Positions 41,929 to 50,200 of a DNA stretch of 54,070 nucleotides are shown one piece after another. A program made the translations under genes and the position numbers. Numbering within the stretch: position 1 is the stretch's first letter; every line of letters begins with the position of its first letter. The DNA comes from Parcubacteria group bacterium Gr01-1014_38 (GTDB lineage Bacteria > Patescibacteriota > Andersenbacteria > UBA10190 > CAIZMI01), in assembly GCA_007376145.1 (NCBI GenBank), contig VMFP01000007.1, positions 1 to 54,070 of the forward strand. The letters are read 5' to 3'. The notes below the pieces were generated by a model, which saw only the letters and a list, made by a program, of their open reading frames with translations, had not been told where the DNA came from and did not search any database.

Positions 41929-42495
41929 ATGCGCCGCCGTTTGAAACGCTCCTTCTACGCGAGGCCGACGCTTATCGCCACTCGTGATCTCCTCGGGAAA
42001 TACCTCGTTCGGAAGATCGGGGGTGAACTCCGCGCGGGCAAGATTGTGGAGACGGAAGCGTACATCGGGCCTCTCGACCGCGCCTCTCATGCATACGGAG
42101 GGAAAGTAACCCCGCGGAATCGCGCCGAGTATCTCGTCGGTGGCCATGTGTACATCTACCTCGTCTACGGAATGTACTGGCAACTCAACATCTCCACGTC
42201 GCGCCCTGGGCGCCCCGAGTGCGTACTCCTCCGGGCCCTCGAGCCGGTGAGCGGCGATCCTCGCCTCGCGAACGGCCCGGGGAAACTCTGCCGCTGGATG
42301 AAGCTTGACGGCTCGCTCTACGGCGAGGATGTCACCCGTTCTTCCCGTGTGTGGGTGGAAGATCGAGGCGTGCGCGTGAATCCTAAGGCCATCGTCGCGG
42401 CTCCCCGTATTGGTATTGACTATGCCGGGCCTACCTGGGCACGGAAGCGCTGGCGGTTTTACCTCCGCGGCAATCCCGCGGTCTCGAAATCCTAG
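41929..42495 (+). CDS. mpg: DNA-3-methyladenine glycosylase (MPG/AAG family)
   Basis: Motifs are FYARPTLIATRDLLGKYLVR, GKIVETEAYIGPLDRASHAYGGK.TPRN and GGHVYIYLVYGMYWQLN. Confidence 0.88.
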   Translation: MRRRLKRSFYARPTLIATRDLLGKYLVRKIGGELRAGKIVETEAYIGPLDRASHAYGGKVTPRNRAEYLVGGHVYIYLVYGMYWQLNISTSRPGRPECVLLRALEPVSGDPRLANGPGKLCRWMKLDGSLYGEDVTRSSRVWVEDRGVRVNPKAIVAAPRIGIDYAGPTWARKRWRFYLRGNPAVSKS

Positions 42496-42568
42496 TGCTG
42501 GATTCTTTTGGTGCGGCGCGGCATAGTATACGCGCTCGCGAAACCGTTCCTTCTCATCAGTATTCTGC

Positions 42569-42643
42569 AGGCCGGTAGCTCAACGGCAGAGCAGCTGACT
42601 TATATTCAGCGTGTTGCAGGTTCGAATCCTGCCCGGCCTACCA
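42569..42643 (+). tRNA. tRNA-Ile (anticodon UAU)
   Basis: Acceptor AGGCCGG/CCGGCCT with A73 and CCA (the A1:U72 ..GGCCUACCA end is Ile-like). D arm GCTC/GAGC, anticodon stem GCTGA/TCAGC with loop CTTATAT, T-loop TTCGAAT. Confidence 0.8.
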
Positions 42644-42698
42644 CGTTGGGTGTCGTGACACCTTGCGACGGTTCACCAGTCCGCGTATACTTCCCCGC

Positions 42699-42932
42699 AT
42701 GAAGACAGAGCGCGTCCAGACGTACCTTGCCGTCTTCGGAGAAGAGGAAGATGGCGGCTATTCCGTGAGCGTCCCTGCCCTTCCCGGCTGCTTCTCACAG
42801 GGCGATACGTTCGAGGAGGCCCGCAAGAACATCGAAGAGGCCATCCGTCTCTACCTTGACGACGCTGACGAAGAGACCAAAACGTACCTCCGGTCTCGGC
42901 GCGGAGAGGTCGTGACGCCCGTCAGCGTGTAG
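42699..42932 (+). CDS. hicB: HicB-family antitoxin
   Basis: YLAVFGEEEDGGYSVSVPALPGCFSQGDTFEEARKNIEEAIRLYL is the classic HicB N-domain. Confidence 0.8.
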   Translation: MKTERVQTYLAVFGEEEDGGYSVSVPALPGCFSQGDTFEEARKNIEEAIRLYLDDADEETKTYLRSRRGEVVTPVSV

Positions 42933-42938
42933 CGTCCC

Positions 42939-43169
42939 GTGCCGCGCACACCGCAGGTGTCCGGCCGGGAGATGATCAAGGCGCTTCAGCGCGTCGGGTT
43001 TGCGGTGATGAGCCAGACCGGTTCGCACATCAAACTCCGGCGGTCCGTTGGCGGAGAGACGAAGACTGTGATTGTTCCCGATCACCGCGTCGTGCGCAAG
43101 GGAACGTTCCATAACATTCTCCGCCACGCACAAATCTCACTCGACGAGTTCTTGCGACTCCTGAAGTGA
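42939..43169 (+). CDS. hicA: HicA-family mRNA interferase toxin
   Basis: SGREMIKALQRVGFAVMSQTGSHIKLRR....TVIVPDH..V.KGTFHNILR is the HicA pattern. The ORF starts at a GTG. Confidence 0.8.
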   Translation: MPRTPQVSGREMIKALQRVGFAVMSQTGSHIKLRRSVGGETKTVIVPDHRVVRKGTFHNILRHAQISLDEFLRLLK

Positions 43170-43255
43170 AGACGAGGAATCCGCCGCACCGGGAGAGGTG
43201 TCGTGGGTAAAAAAAGAGTCCCCGTGTAGGGAACCCTCGCGGGTTAGGCGCTTGC

Positions 43256-43639
43256 CTATGTTGCCTGTTGTGAACAGAGTTCTGCACATAGAGCCGGATT
43301 AGCCATCGAGGATACAGCATCGTTGTCGGCTAAATGGAGAAAGTATCCCTCCGGGTTCCTCTCATGCGCGAAGAGCTTGAGTGCGACCCGTTGGAGGGAC
43401 GCGACCGCGTGAAGCGCGATGCGGCGCCAGCCTTCCAGGGGCACGTCTGCTCCTTCGCCCGGAAATGCATTCTTCGCGAGCTCCGCGAGTTCATCGAGGT
43501 GAGTCGAGCTTTCCTGACGCAGGAGGTGCCGGACAATCCGATGCGGGAGTTCCCACTCTTCTGGGAAGCTCTCCAGCACGGCCTCGAGGAACAGCTGGAA
43601 TCCCCTTGTTTCTCTGTCTGCTGCATTTAGGGAAGTCAT
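43256..43639 (-). CDS. Hypothetical protein (127 aa)
   Basis: Its start overlaps the upstream small ORF's stop as ATGA. It lies in a lower-G+C patch. No family was recognised. Confidence 0.45.
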   Translation of the reverse strand: MTSLNAADRETRGFQLFLEAVLESFPEEWELPHRIVRHLLRQESSTHLDELAELAKNAFPGEGADVPLEGWRRIALHAVASLQRVALKLFAHERNPEGYFLHLADNDAVSSMANPALCAELCSQQAT

Positions 43640-43818
43640 ACTCTGGTCTCCAATTGGTGATCTTGACCTAGGTCACCGCCATAGCGGCGGTCTCGGTACA
43701 CGAATGGACCATCGAGAAACGTACGTTGCTTGGCTCCATCGGGCAATGCTTCTTCATGCTGTGCCGAAGCGCACACGCCTTTCTTTGCTATCACGAGAAA
43801 CTGCTGAAGCGCGACCAT
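43636..43818 (-). CDS. Hypothetical small protein (60 aa)
   Basis: CGGAGG lies 5 nt upstream of the minus-strand ATG at 43818. It is translationally coupled to the 127-aa ORF. Confidence 0.4.
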   Translation of the reverse strand: MVALQQFLVIAKKGVCASAQHEEALPDGAKQRTFLDGPFVYRDRRYGGDLGQDHQLETRV

Positions 43819-44082
43819 TGATGCCTCCGTTTTCTAAAGGGCGGGAAAGAACGAAACCATATGCTGTCACGCGTTCTCTCAATCGTCAACGATCTCTTTT
43901 CTCGAAAACCTTCTAAGGCAGTCTTCCCACAGAGCGATCTGCTGGGCCGTCATCACGCGAGCCAGCCCCTTCACAAATTCGATGAGCGACCTTCTGAGTC
44001 TACCAGACCTTAACCATATCAGGGCTAGGAGCAAAAGCCATGAAATCAGTGTGAAGGCTCTGCGTCCAAGTGTTCAGCTCAC

Positions 44083-45912
44083 TCAGTCGGCATCCCGGGC
44101 CGCCCGTCGCACTTTTGCACGCTCCGTCGCGGTGAGAAGTTTCTTGCGGAGACGGAGGCTTTTTGGCGTAATTTCCAGAAACTCATTGTCTTCAAGAAAA
44201 TCCAGCGACTGCTCCAAGCTCATGATCGTTGGCGGCGTAAGCTGAATGGCCTCGTCGGATCCGGAGGCGCGCATATTCGACAACCTTTTCTCTTTCGTCA
44301 CGTTTACCTCAATATCTTCCTCACGCGAATTCAGGCCGACGATCATGCCCTCATAGACATCCGTTTGTGGGCCGATGAATGTTGACCCTCGGCCTTGCGC
44401 CACGTTCAGGCCGTACGCCACAGCTTTTCCGCTGTCGGAGGCGATGAGGACGCCGTTCCGAAGTCGCGGAAGTGCTGCACCCATCGGCTCGTATCGGAGG
44501 AACTGTGAGCTCATGAGCCCCGTGCCCCGTGAGAGTGTGAGTAGTTGGCTTCGGAAACCGAGAAGCCCGCGCGTGGGAATGATGAAGACGAGTCGCATGC
44601 TTCCGTCTGGATTGTCTGTCTGCGAGATCAGCACGCCACGGCGCTTGCCAACTTCTCCCATCACCGCGCCGCTGTATGACTTTTCGACATCAATGACGAG
44701 TTCCTCCAACGGTTCCATCTCTTGCCCCTCAATGCGCTTCATAATCACGCGCGGCTTGCCGACGTGGAATTCAAAGCCTTCGCGTCGCAGGTTTTCCAGA
44801 AAGACCGCGAGATGGAGTTCTCCTCGACCGGACAAAAGATGTTCGTTGCCGTCGCGCTCTTCGAAGCGAAGTGACACGTTCGTTTCGAGTTCTTTGAGAA
44901 TTCGGTCAAGAAGCTGTCGGCTTGTCACGAATTGTCCTTCGCGGCCCGCAAGGGGTGAGGTATTCGAACCAATCGACATCGTGACTGTTGGTTCCGCAAT
45001 CGCGATGGTGGGCAGCGCCTCCGGCGCGGACACATCCGCAATGGTGTCACCGATGTGAGCAGCGCTGATGCCCGTGAGCGCGACAATATCGCCTGCGTCT
45101 GCTGACGGAACTTCGATGCGCTTCAGCCCCTGGCTTACGTAGACTCGCTCAATACGTGCGTCTTCACGGCGACCGCTCTTTGTGAGAAGGGCCACGGCGC
45201 GCCCTGGCGTTGCGCGGCCGCGAGCGATGCGGCCGATCGCGTATTTCCCCTGAAAGTCATCCCAATCGAGCGTGGTGACGAGGAGTTGAAATGGTTTCTC
45301 TTTTTCCACGCGCGGCGCGGGCACATAGTGGAGCATTGCTTCAAAGAGCGGAGTAAGATCTGCGTGTTCCGTGGGGTTTTCTGGAAGTTTCGCCCATGCC
45401 TTTCCCTCGCGACCGATGGCGTAGTAGACGGGAAACTCGAGTTGTGTTTCGTGCGTCGCTACCTCCAAAAAGAGATCATGCGTCTCCGAGGTGACTTTCT
45501 CCACTTGCGCAGCGCGTTTATCAATTTTATTGATGACAACGATCAGCTGCAGCCCCAGTTCGAGCGCCTTTTTCAGAACGAACCGCGTCTGCGGCATCGG
45601 CCCCTCTTGCGCGTCAATGACGAGGAGCGCGCCGTCGGCCATGTTGAGGGTGCGTTCCACCTCACCACCGAAGTCCGCGTGTCCCGGCGTGTCGATGATA
45701 TTAATTTTGACATTCCTGTACGTGATCGCTGTGTTCTTGGCAAGAATCGTGATGCCGCGTTCCCGTTCCTGCTCGCTCGAATCGAGGATAAGCGTCTGCG
45801 CCATCGCCGCTTCGTTCTCTCGGAACGTTTTTGACTGCTTCAAGAGTCCATCAATAAGAGTCGTCTTGCCGTGGTCCACGTGTGCGATAATGGCAACGTT
45901 GCGGATGTCCAT
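44083..45912 (-). CDS. typA: Translational GTPase TypA/BipA
   Basis: Motifs are IRNVAIIAHVDHGKTTLIDGLL, DTPGHADFGGEVER and VINKIDK. The length is 609 aa. Confidence 0.92.
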   Translation of the reverse strand: MDIRNVAIIAHVDHGKTTLIDGLLKQSKTFRENEAAMAQTLILDSSEQERERGITILAKNTAITYRNVKINIIDTPGHADFGGEVERTLNMADGALLVIDAQEGPMPQTRFVLKKALELGLQLIVVINKIDKRAAQVEKVTSETHDLFLEVATHETQLEFPVYYAIGREGKAWAKLPENPTEHADLTPLFEAMLHYVPAPRVEKEKPFQLLVTTLDWDDFQGKYAIGRIARGRATPGRAVALLTKSGRREDARIERVYVSQGLKRIEVPSADAGDIVALTGISAAHIGDTIADVSAPEALPTIAIAEPTVTMSIGSNTSPLAGREGQFVTSRQLLDRILKELETNVSLRFEERDGNEHLLSGRGELHLAVFLENLRREGFEFHVGKPRVIMKRIEGQEMEPLEELVIDVEKSYSGAVMGEVGKRRGVLISQTDNPDGSMRLVFIIPTRGLLGFRSQLLTLSRGTGLMSSQFLRYEPMGAALPRLRNGVLIASDSGKAVAYGLNVAQGRGSTFIGPQTDVYEGMIVGLNSREEDIEVNVTKEKRLSNMRASGSDEAIQLTPPTIMSLEQSLDFLEDNEFLEITPKSLRLRKKLLTATERAKVRRAARDAD

Positions 45913-46054
45913 AGAGAAAGCGTCCCGCTGCTTGGGCGGAGGAGATTCTATGATAGCGATCGTATCATGTCAACCCCGCCTTTCTGTTCGAACGATGACC
46001 TGCTTGGTCTACCAGTGCAGGGACCGGCCGGCCGCTGGCCGCGCCTTTCGCTCG

Positions 46055-46447
46055 TTAGGACTTCGCGAGATACTTTTGCACTTCTCGGACGAGATCCTTC
46101 GGCAGCAAGTCCGCCTTCATGAGAAAACCCGTGGCGCCGAGCGTCCGCGCCTCTTTCGCGACTGCGTCGTACCCCGCGTTGCTTAAGGCCACGATAGCCC
46201 CGTTCGGCGTCTTCGGGCCCTCCTCCTTGAGCCCCTTCAGGAATCCGATCCCGTCGAGGTTCGGCATCATGAGGTCGAGGAGGATAAGGTCGTACCCGCC
46301 CTTCCGGGCTTTGGCCAGCCCCTCCAGGCCATCGTTCGCGGTGTCGAGCTCCATCCCCGCCTTCCCAAGGATGAGCGTGTACATCTGGCGGAGGTCCGCA
46401 TCGTCATCGATGAGGAGAATCCGCACAGGCGCAGATGGCGGTGCCAT
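46055..46447 (-). CDS. Stand-alone response-regulator receiver domain (CheY-like)
   Basis: Motifs are ILLIDDDADL, DLILLDLMMPNLDG, ALSNAG and FLMK. It is 130 aa with no output domain. Confidence 0.85.
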   Translation of the reverse strand: MAPPSAPVRILLIDDDADLRQMYTLILGKAGMELDTANDGLEGLAKARKGGYDLILLDLMMPNLDGIGFLKGLKEEGPKTPNGAIVALSNAGYDAVAKEARTLGATGFLMKADLLPKDLVREVQKYLAKS

Positions 46448-46459
46448 GGAGATCAGCGA

Positions 46460-47272
46460 TCAGTCGGCGTTCTTCTCGGTGTCGCGCGAGGTTCGTCCCA
46501 GCAGGACATTCTTCGTCGTTCCGCTCTCGAATTCCTTCACGATCGTGAAGAGGTCCTCGACGGCCTTCCGCATGCGCGGGAGCGTCTCCTGGTACTCCGG
46601 CTCGTTGAGCTTTCCCTCCGCGAGCAGGGCCAGGCCCTGTTTCACGTACGTGAGCGGCTGGCGGAGGACCACACCAACCCGGTTCACCTGGTTTCGGAGG
46701 ATGGCATCGAGGGAGGTGATACCGGAGGGCGGCTTCCCCTCGGCCTCAAGGATGAGGATCCCCTTCTTCTCCTGCTGGACCAAGAGGAAGCTCCGACGCA
46801 ACCCCATCGTGATGGGGATGACGGAGAGGAGCGAGAGGAGGGTGAGGAAGTCGTAGGTGGGGCTCACCTCGCCGATGGAGAAGGCGAAGAGCGTGATGAG
46901 GGCGAGCGTGAACGCCACGGCCACGCCCGGGGTGTACACGAAGCCGAGGGCGATCCCGAGGAGGTAGAGGGCGAAGAAGAACGGGGAGAAGAACCACCCG
47001 GTCGAGCCGACGAGCGAGAGCACGGCGAGGGTCCAGAGGAGGACCGTCACGGTCGGCCCCACGCGCGCGGAGAAGCGGAGCACGAGGAGCGCGCCCACGA
47101 GCACGAGGGCGAGGAACGGCGTGAGCCGGTTCACGCCGGGGAGGGAGGTCACGAGGAAGACCGCGACGGGGAGAAGAAAGTACACGAGAGGCAACGCGAT
47201 GCGCCGACGTCTGGCGGAGATCGGGTGTGTCGAGGAAACCATCGTGCGGTGGAGACCGTGAGGGCTCTGCAT
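46460..47272 (-). CDS. Polytopic membrane protein with a degenerate His-less DHp (HisKA-like) helix and no ATPase domain
   Basis: It has about 6 hydrophobic segments followed by LRNQVNRVGVVLRQPLTYVKQGLALL. This aligns to the HisKA block ..SHELRTPLT.. with His replaced by Val. The ORF ends ~60 aa later, without N/G1/G2 boxes. Confidence 0.55.
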   Translation of the reverse strand: MQSPHGLHRTMVSSTHPISARRRRIALPLVYFLLPVAVFLVTSLPGVNRLTPFLALVLVGALLVLRFSARVGPTVTVLLWTLAVLSLVGSTGWFFSPFFFALYLLGIALGFVYTPGVAVAFTLALITLFAFSIGEVSPTYDFLTLLSLLSVIPITMGLRRSFLLVQQEKKGILILEAEGKPPSGITSLDAILRNQVNRVGVVLRQPLTYVKQGLALLAEGKLNEPEYQETLPRMRKAVEDLFTIVKEFESGTTKNVLLGRTSRDTEKNAD

Positions 47273-47285
47273 GCAGTCTAGCACA

Positions 47286-50200
47286 TCACTCACCCGGCGT
47301 GGTGAAGCTGTAGTAGGCGTCGAACGCGTGCTGCCCCCGCAGATCCGTGGCGAGCACCTCGAAGAAGATCTTGGTGCCCCGCGGGAGGAGCCGGAGGACG
47401 AGGCGGTGGCGCGTGGTGAAGCTGTCCTCGAAGCGTTCCTCGCCGTAGAGCGGGGAAGGCCCAAAGTTCACCTTCCCCCGGGCGAGGCGGTTCGTCTGCC
47501 AGGTGACCACCGCGGAGGTCTTGGTCAGATCGGCGACGGACACGTCGGTGATCCGGAGCGGTTCCGCATAGACGCGGCGGGCGGTTTCGACGGCGCCGCG
47601 GACGAGGACGCTCGCCGCGCGGAGGCCGCGGCCCGCGGGGGCCACGAGGCGGGCCACCCGACGCTCGCTCTCCGTCGCGAGCGTCAGCCGCTCCTCGCGG
47701 GCGCGCACGAGAATCCCTCGAATTCGGGACCACAGCGTTGTGGTGGTGACGACGAGACGGCCGGTGACCTTGGGAATGAAACCGGAGAGATCGGAGAGCG
47801 CGGCGTCGCGACGCTCGGCCAGGGAGAGATCGGGCGGATCCGCCTTGCTCTGCCGCGCCAGCGTGCGGAGGGCGGCGAACTCCCGGGCGGAGAACCCAAA
47901 GAGGGAGGCGAGACGCGTCCGGACGGTCCGGATAGCGGTGCGCGCGGCGCTCCGGAGGGTTTTGGTGACCGAAGCAATCGTGGCGTCGAGACGCTCGAAC
48001 GCGCCTTGGGGAAGCAGGCGCTCGAGGAACTCCTGGAGGTTCCTCGCCTCCCGCAGCCGGCGGATCTTTGCGGCCTTCTCCAGCTCCTGGAGCTGGAGCG
48101 CCGTGGGTGTCCTGGAGGGAGTTTCCCCTCTCCGGATCCGCTCCGCGATGTCCTCGAGGGAGGGTGGCGGTTTGGCGAGGTCACTCGCGAGGGTCGGCGC
48201 GGTCGTGTCAATCGTGACGGTCCGTGCGGCGAGGGTGGCCTCGTTTCCGAACGCGTCCGCCGCCCAGAGCTTCACGGTGTACGTGCCGTCGGGAAGCGGG
48301 GAGAGGGGAGCGATGGTCGTGGAGACGGTGGCGGTCTTGGTGAGCGCGCGGTCATTGTCCTGATCCCATTCGGAAGCGAGCGTGGCATCCCGCTCGGCCA
48401 CCGCAGTCGATTCCCGCCCATACCAGAGCTCGTAGTGGCTGAAGTCCTCCTCGGCGACGGGAGTCCAGGAGGCGCGAAGCGTGCTGCCGGACGCGGCCAC
48501 CGAGAAGGACGTGAGACCCCGCGGGGCTTCGTCGTCGACTTGAAAGCGGGAGGAGGTCACCGCGGTGCCGTCAACGGTCGAGTCATTCGGGGTGACGCGG
48601 ACTCTCACGAGGGTCGGACGGGAATCGATCGCGCCGCCCCCGTTGTCGGCGTGCTTCGTGTTCCAGGCGACCGTGAGGAGGGCGTTCCCGCGGTTCGTGG
48701 GGATGCCGGTGAGCTGGTACGTCACGGTACTCCCGTTGCTCACGGTCACGTTCCCCGCGGTGGAGGAAGCCGAGGCGATGTACGCCTGCCGCCAGTTGCT
48801 CCCGTCGTCGAGGGAGTACTGGACCCGGAGGCGCGTCTGGTTGTTATCCGGGTCAGAGAGGAGTGTTTGGAAGGAGGCGTACCCGGAACCGTCGGTGGCT
48901 TGCGCGGGGGTCGTGAGGTTCGCGGCGGAGGGAGCGCTATTGAAGTTCCAGCCGGTGTTGTTCCCGGAGTCGGTGATGTTGAGGCCGGCCGTCGTGATGC
49001 CGGTGGCGTTCACGTTGTTGCTGTCCTTCACGTCGAGGTACTCGATGCTCCGCGTTCCTTGCGGATCGATCCGCCACTGCGTGCCGTCGGTGCTGCTGCG
49101 GAGGGAGAGGAGAGCCCCCGAAGCCCCTTTCGCCGTCCAGGTCCCAACGACGGTCTGCGTGCTCGATGCCCCGGAGGGAAAGGTGAGCGTGCGCGCCGTC
49201 GTGACCGTCTTCGAGAGGTTGTTGAACGTCGTCGCGCCGGAGAGCGTCTGATCGGTCCCGTCGAGGGTGACGGTCCCACTGTTATGCGTGAACGTCCCGC
49301 CGCTGTGCGTGAAGTTCCCGGAGACGGTCATGGTGCCGGAGGTGGCGGTGAGGGTCCCGGAGGAGATGGTCACCGCCCCGTTGATGTCGTGGGTCCCCGA
49401 GCCCCCAGTGAAGGTGCCGCCACCCACGGTGAGGGCGCCGACGGTCGTCGCGAGTGTGCCGGGTGAGAACGTGCCCGCGGTGACAGTGAGCGTGCCGTCG
49501 ACGTCAAGGGCATTCGTCGCGAGCGACAGGGTACCCGCGCTCTTGTTCACCGTGAGGTTCTGAAAGTCCTGGCCCGTGCCGGTGCCGCCGGTGGTGAGCG
49601 TCTGGGCTCCCGACCCGTCGAAGGTCACGGTGTTGCTCCCCGAGGTGTACGTCCCGCTGTTGCTCCAGTCCCCCGCAAGGGTGACGTTCTGCCCGTTGCT
49701 GTTTACGGTGCCCGCGGTGATCGTGAGGGTCCCGTTCACGTCGAGGGTGGCCGTGTGGATCCAGGAGCCGCCGGTCCCGTTGAACGTGAGGTGGTTGTAG
49801 CTGTTCCCGGCAACGAGGGAGGTGTACGAAGCCGCCCCGTCGTACGCGACGGTTCCCGAGTCCGTGTCGTTCGTGAAGCCGGTGAGGGTCTCCCCGCCGG
49901 TGAGGCGGAGCGTCGCGTTGTTCACAAAGCTCCCGCCGGTATTCGTCAGGTTCTGCCCATCGAGGTCAAAGGTGCCGGCAGTGAGCGTGAGGGTGCCACT
50001 CACGGTGACGGCGCCATTGGGCTCCCACACGCCTCCGCTCCCGTTGAAGGTGAGGTTGCTGTACGTGTTGCCCGCCGCGAGGGCGGTGGTGTATGAGGCG
50101 GTGCCGTCGTAGGTGACCGTAGAGCCGGAGGAAACCGTATCGATTGTGGAGACGGTCTCCCCGCCCTGGAGTTGCAGTGTCCCGGACGCACTTAAGGTGA

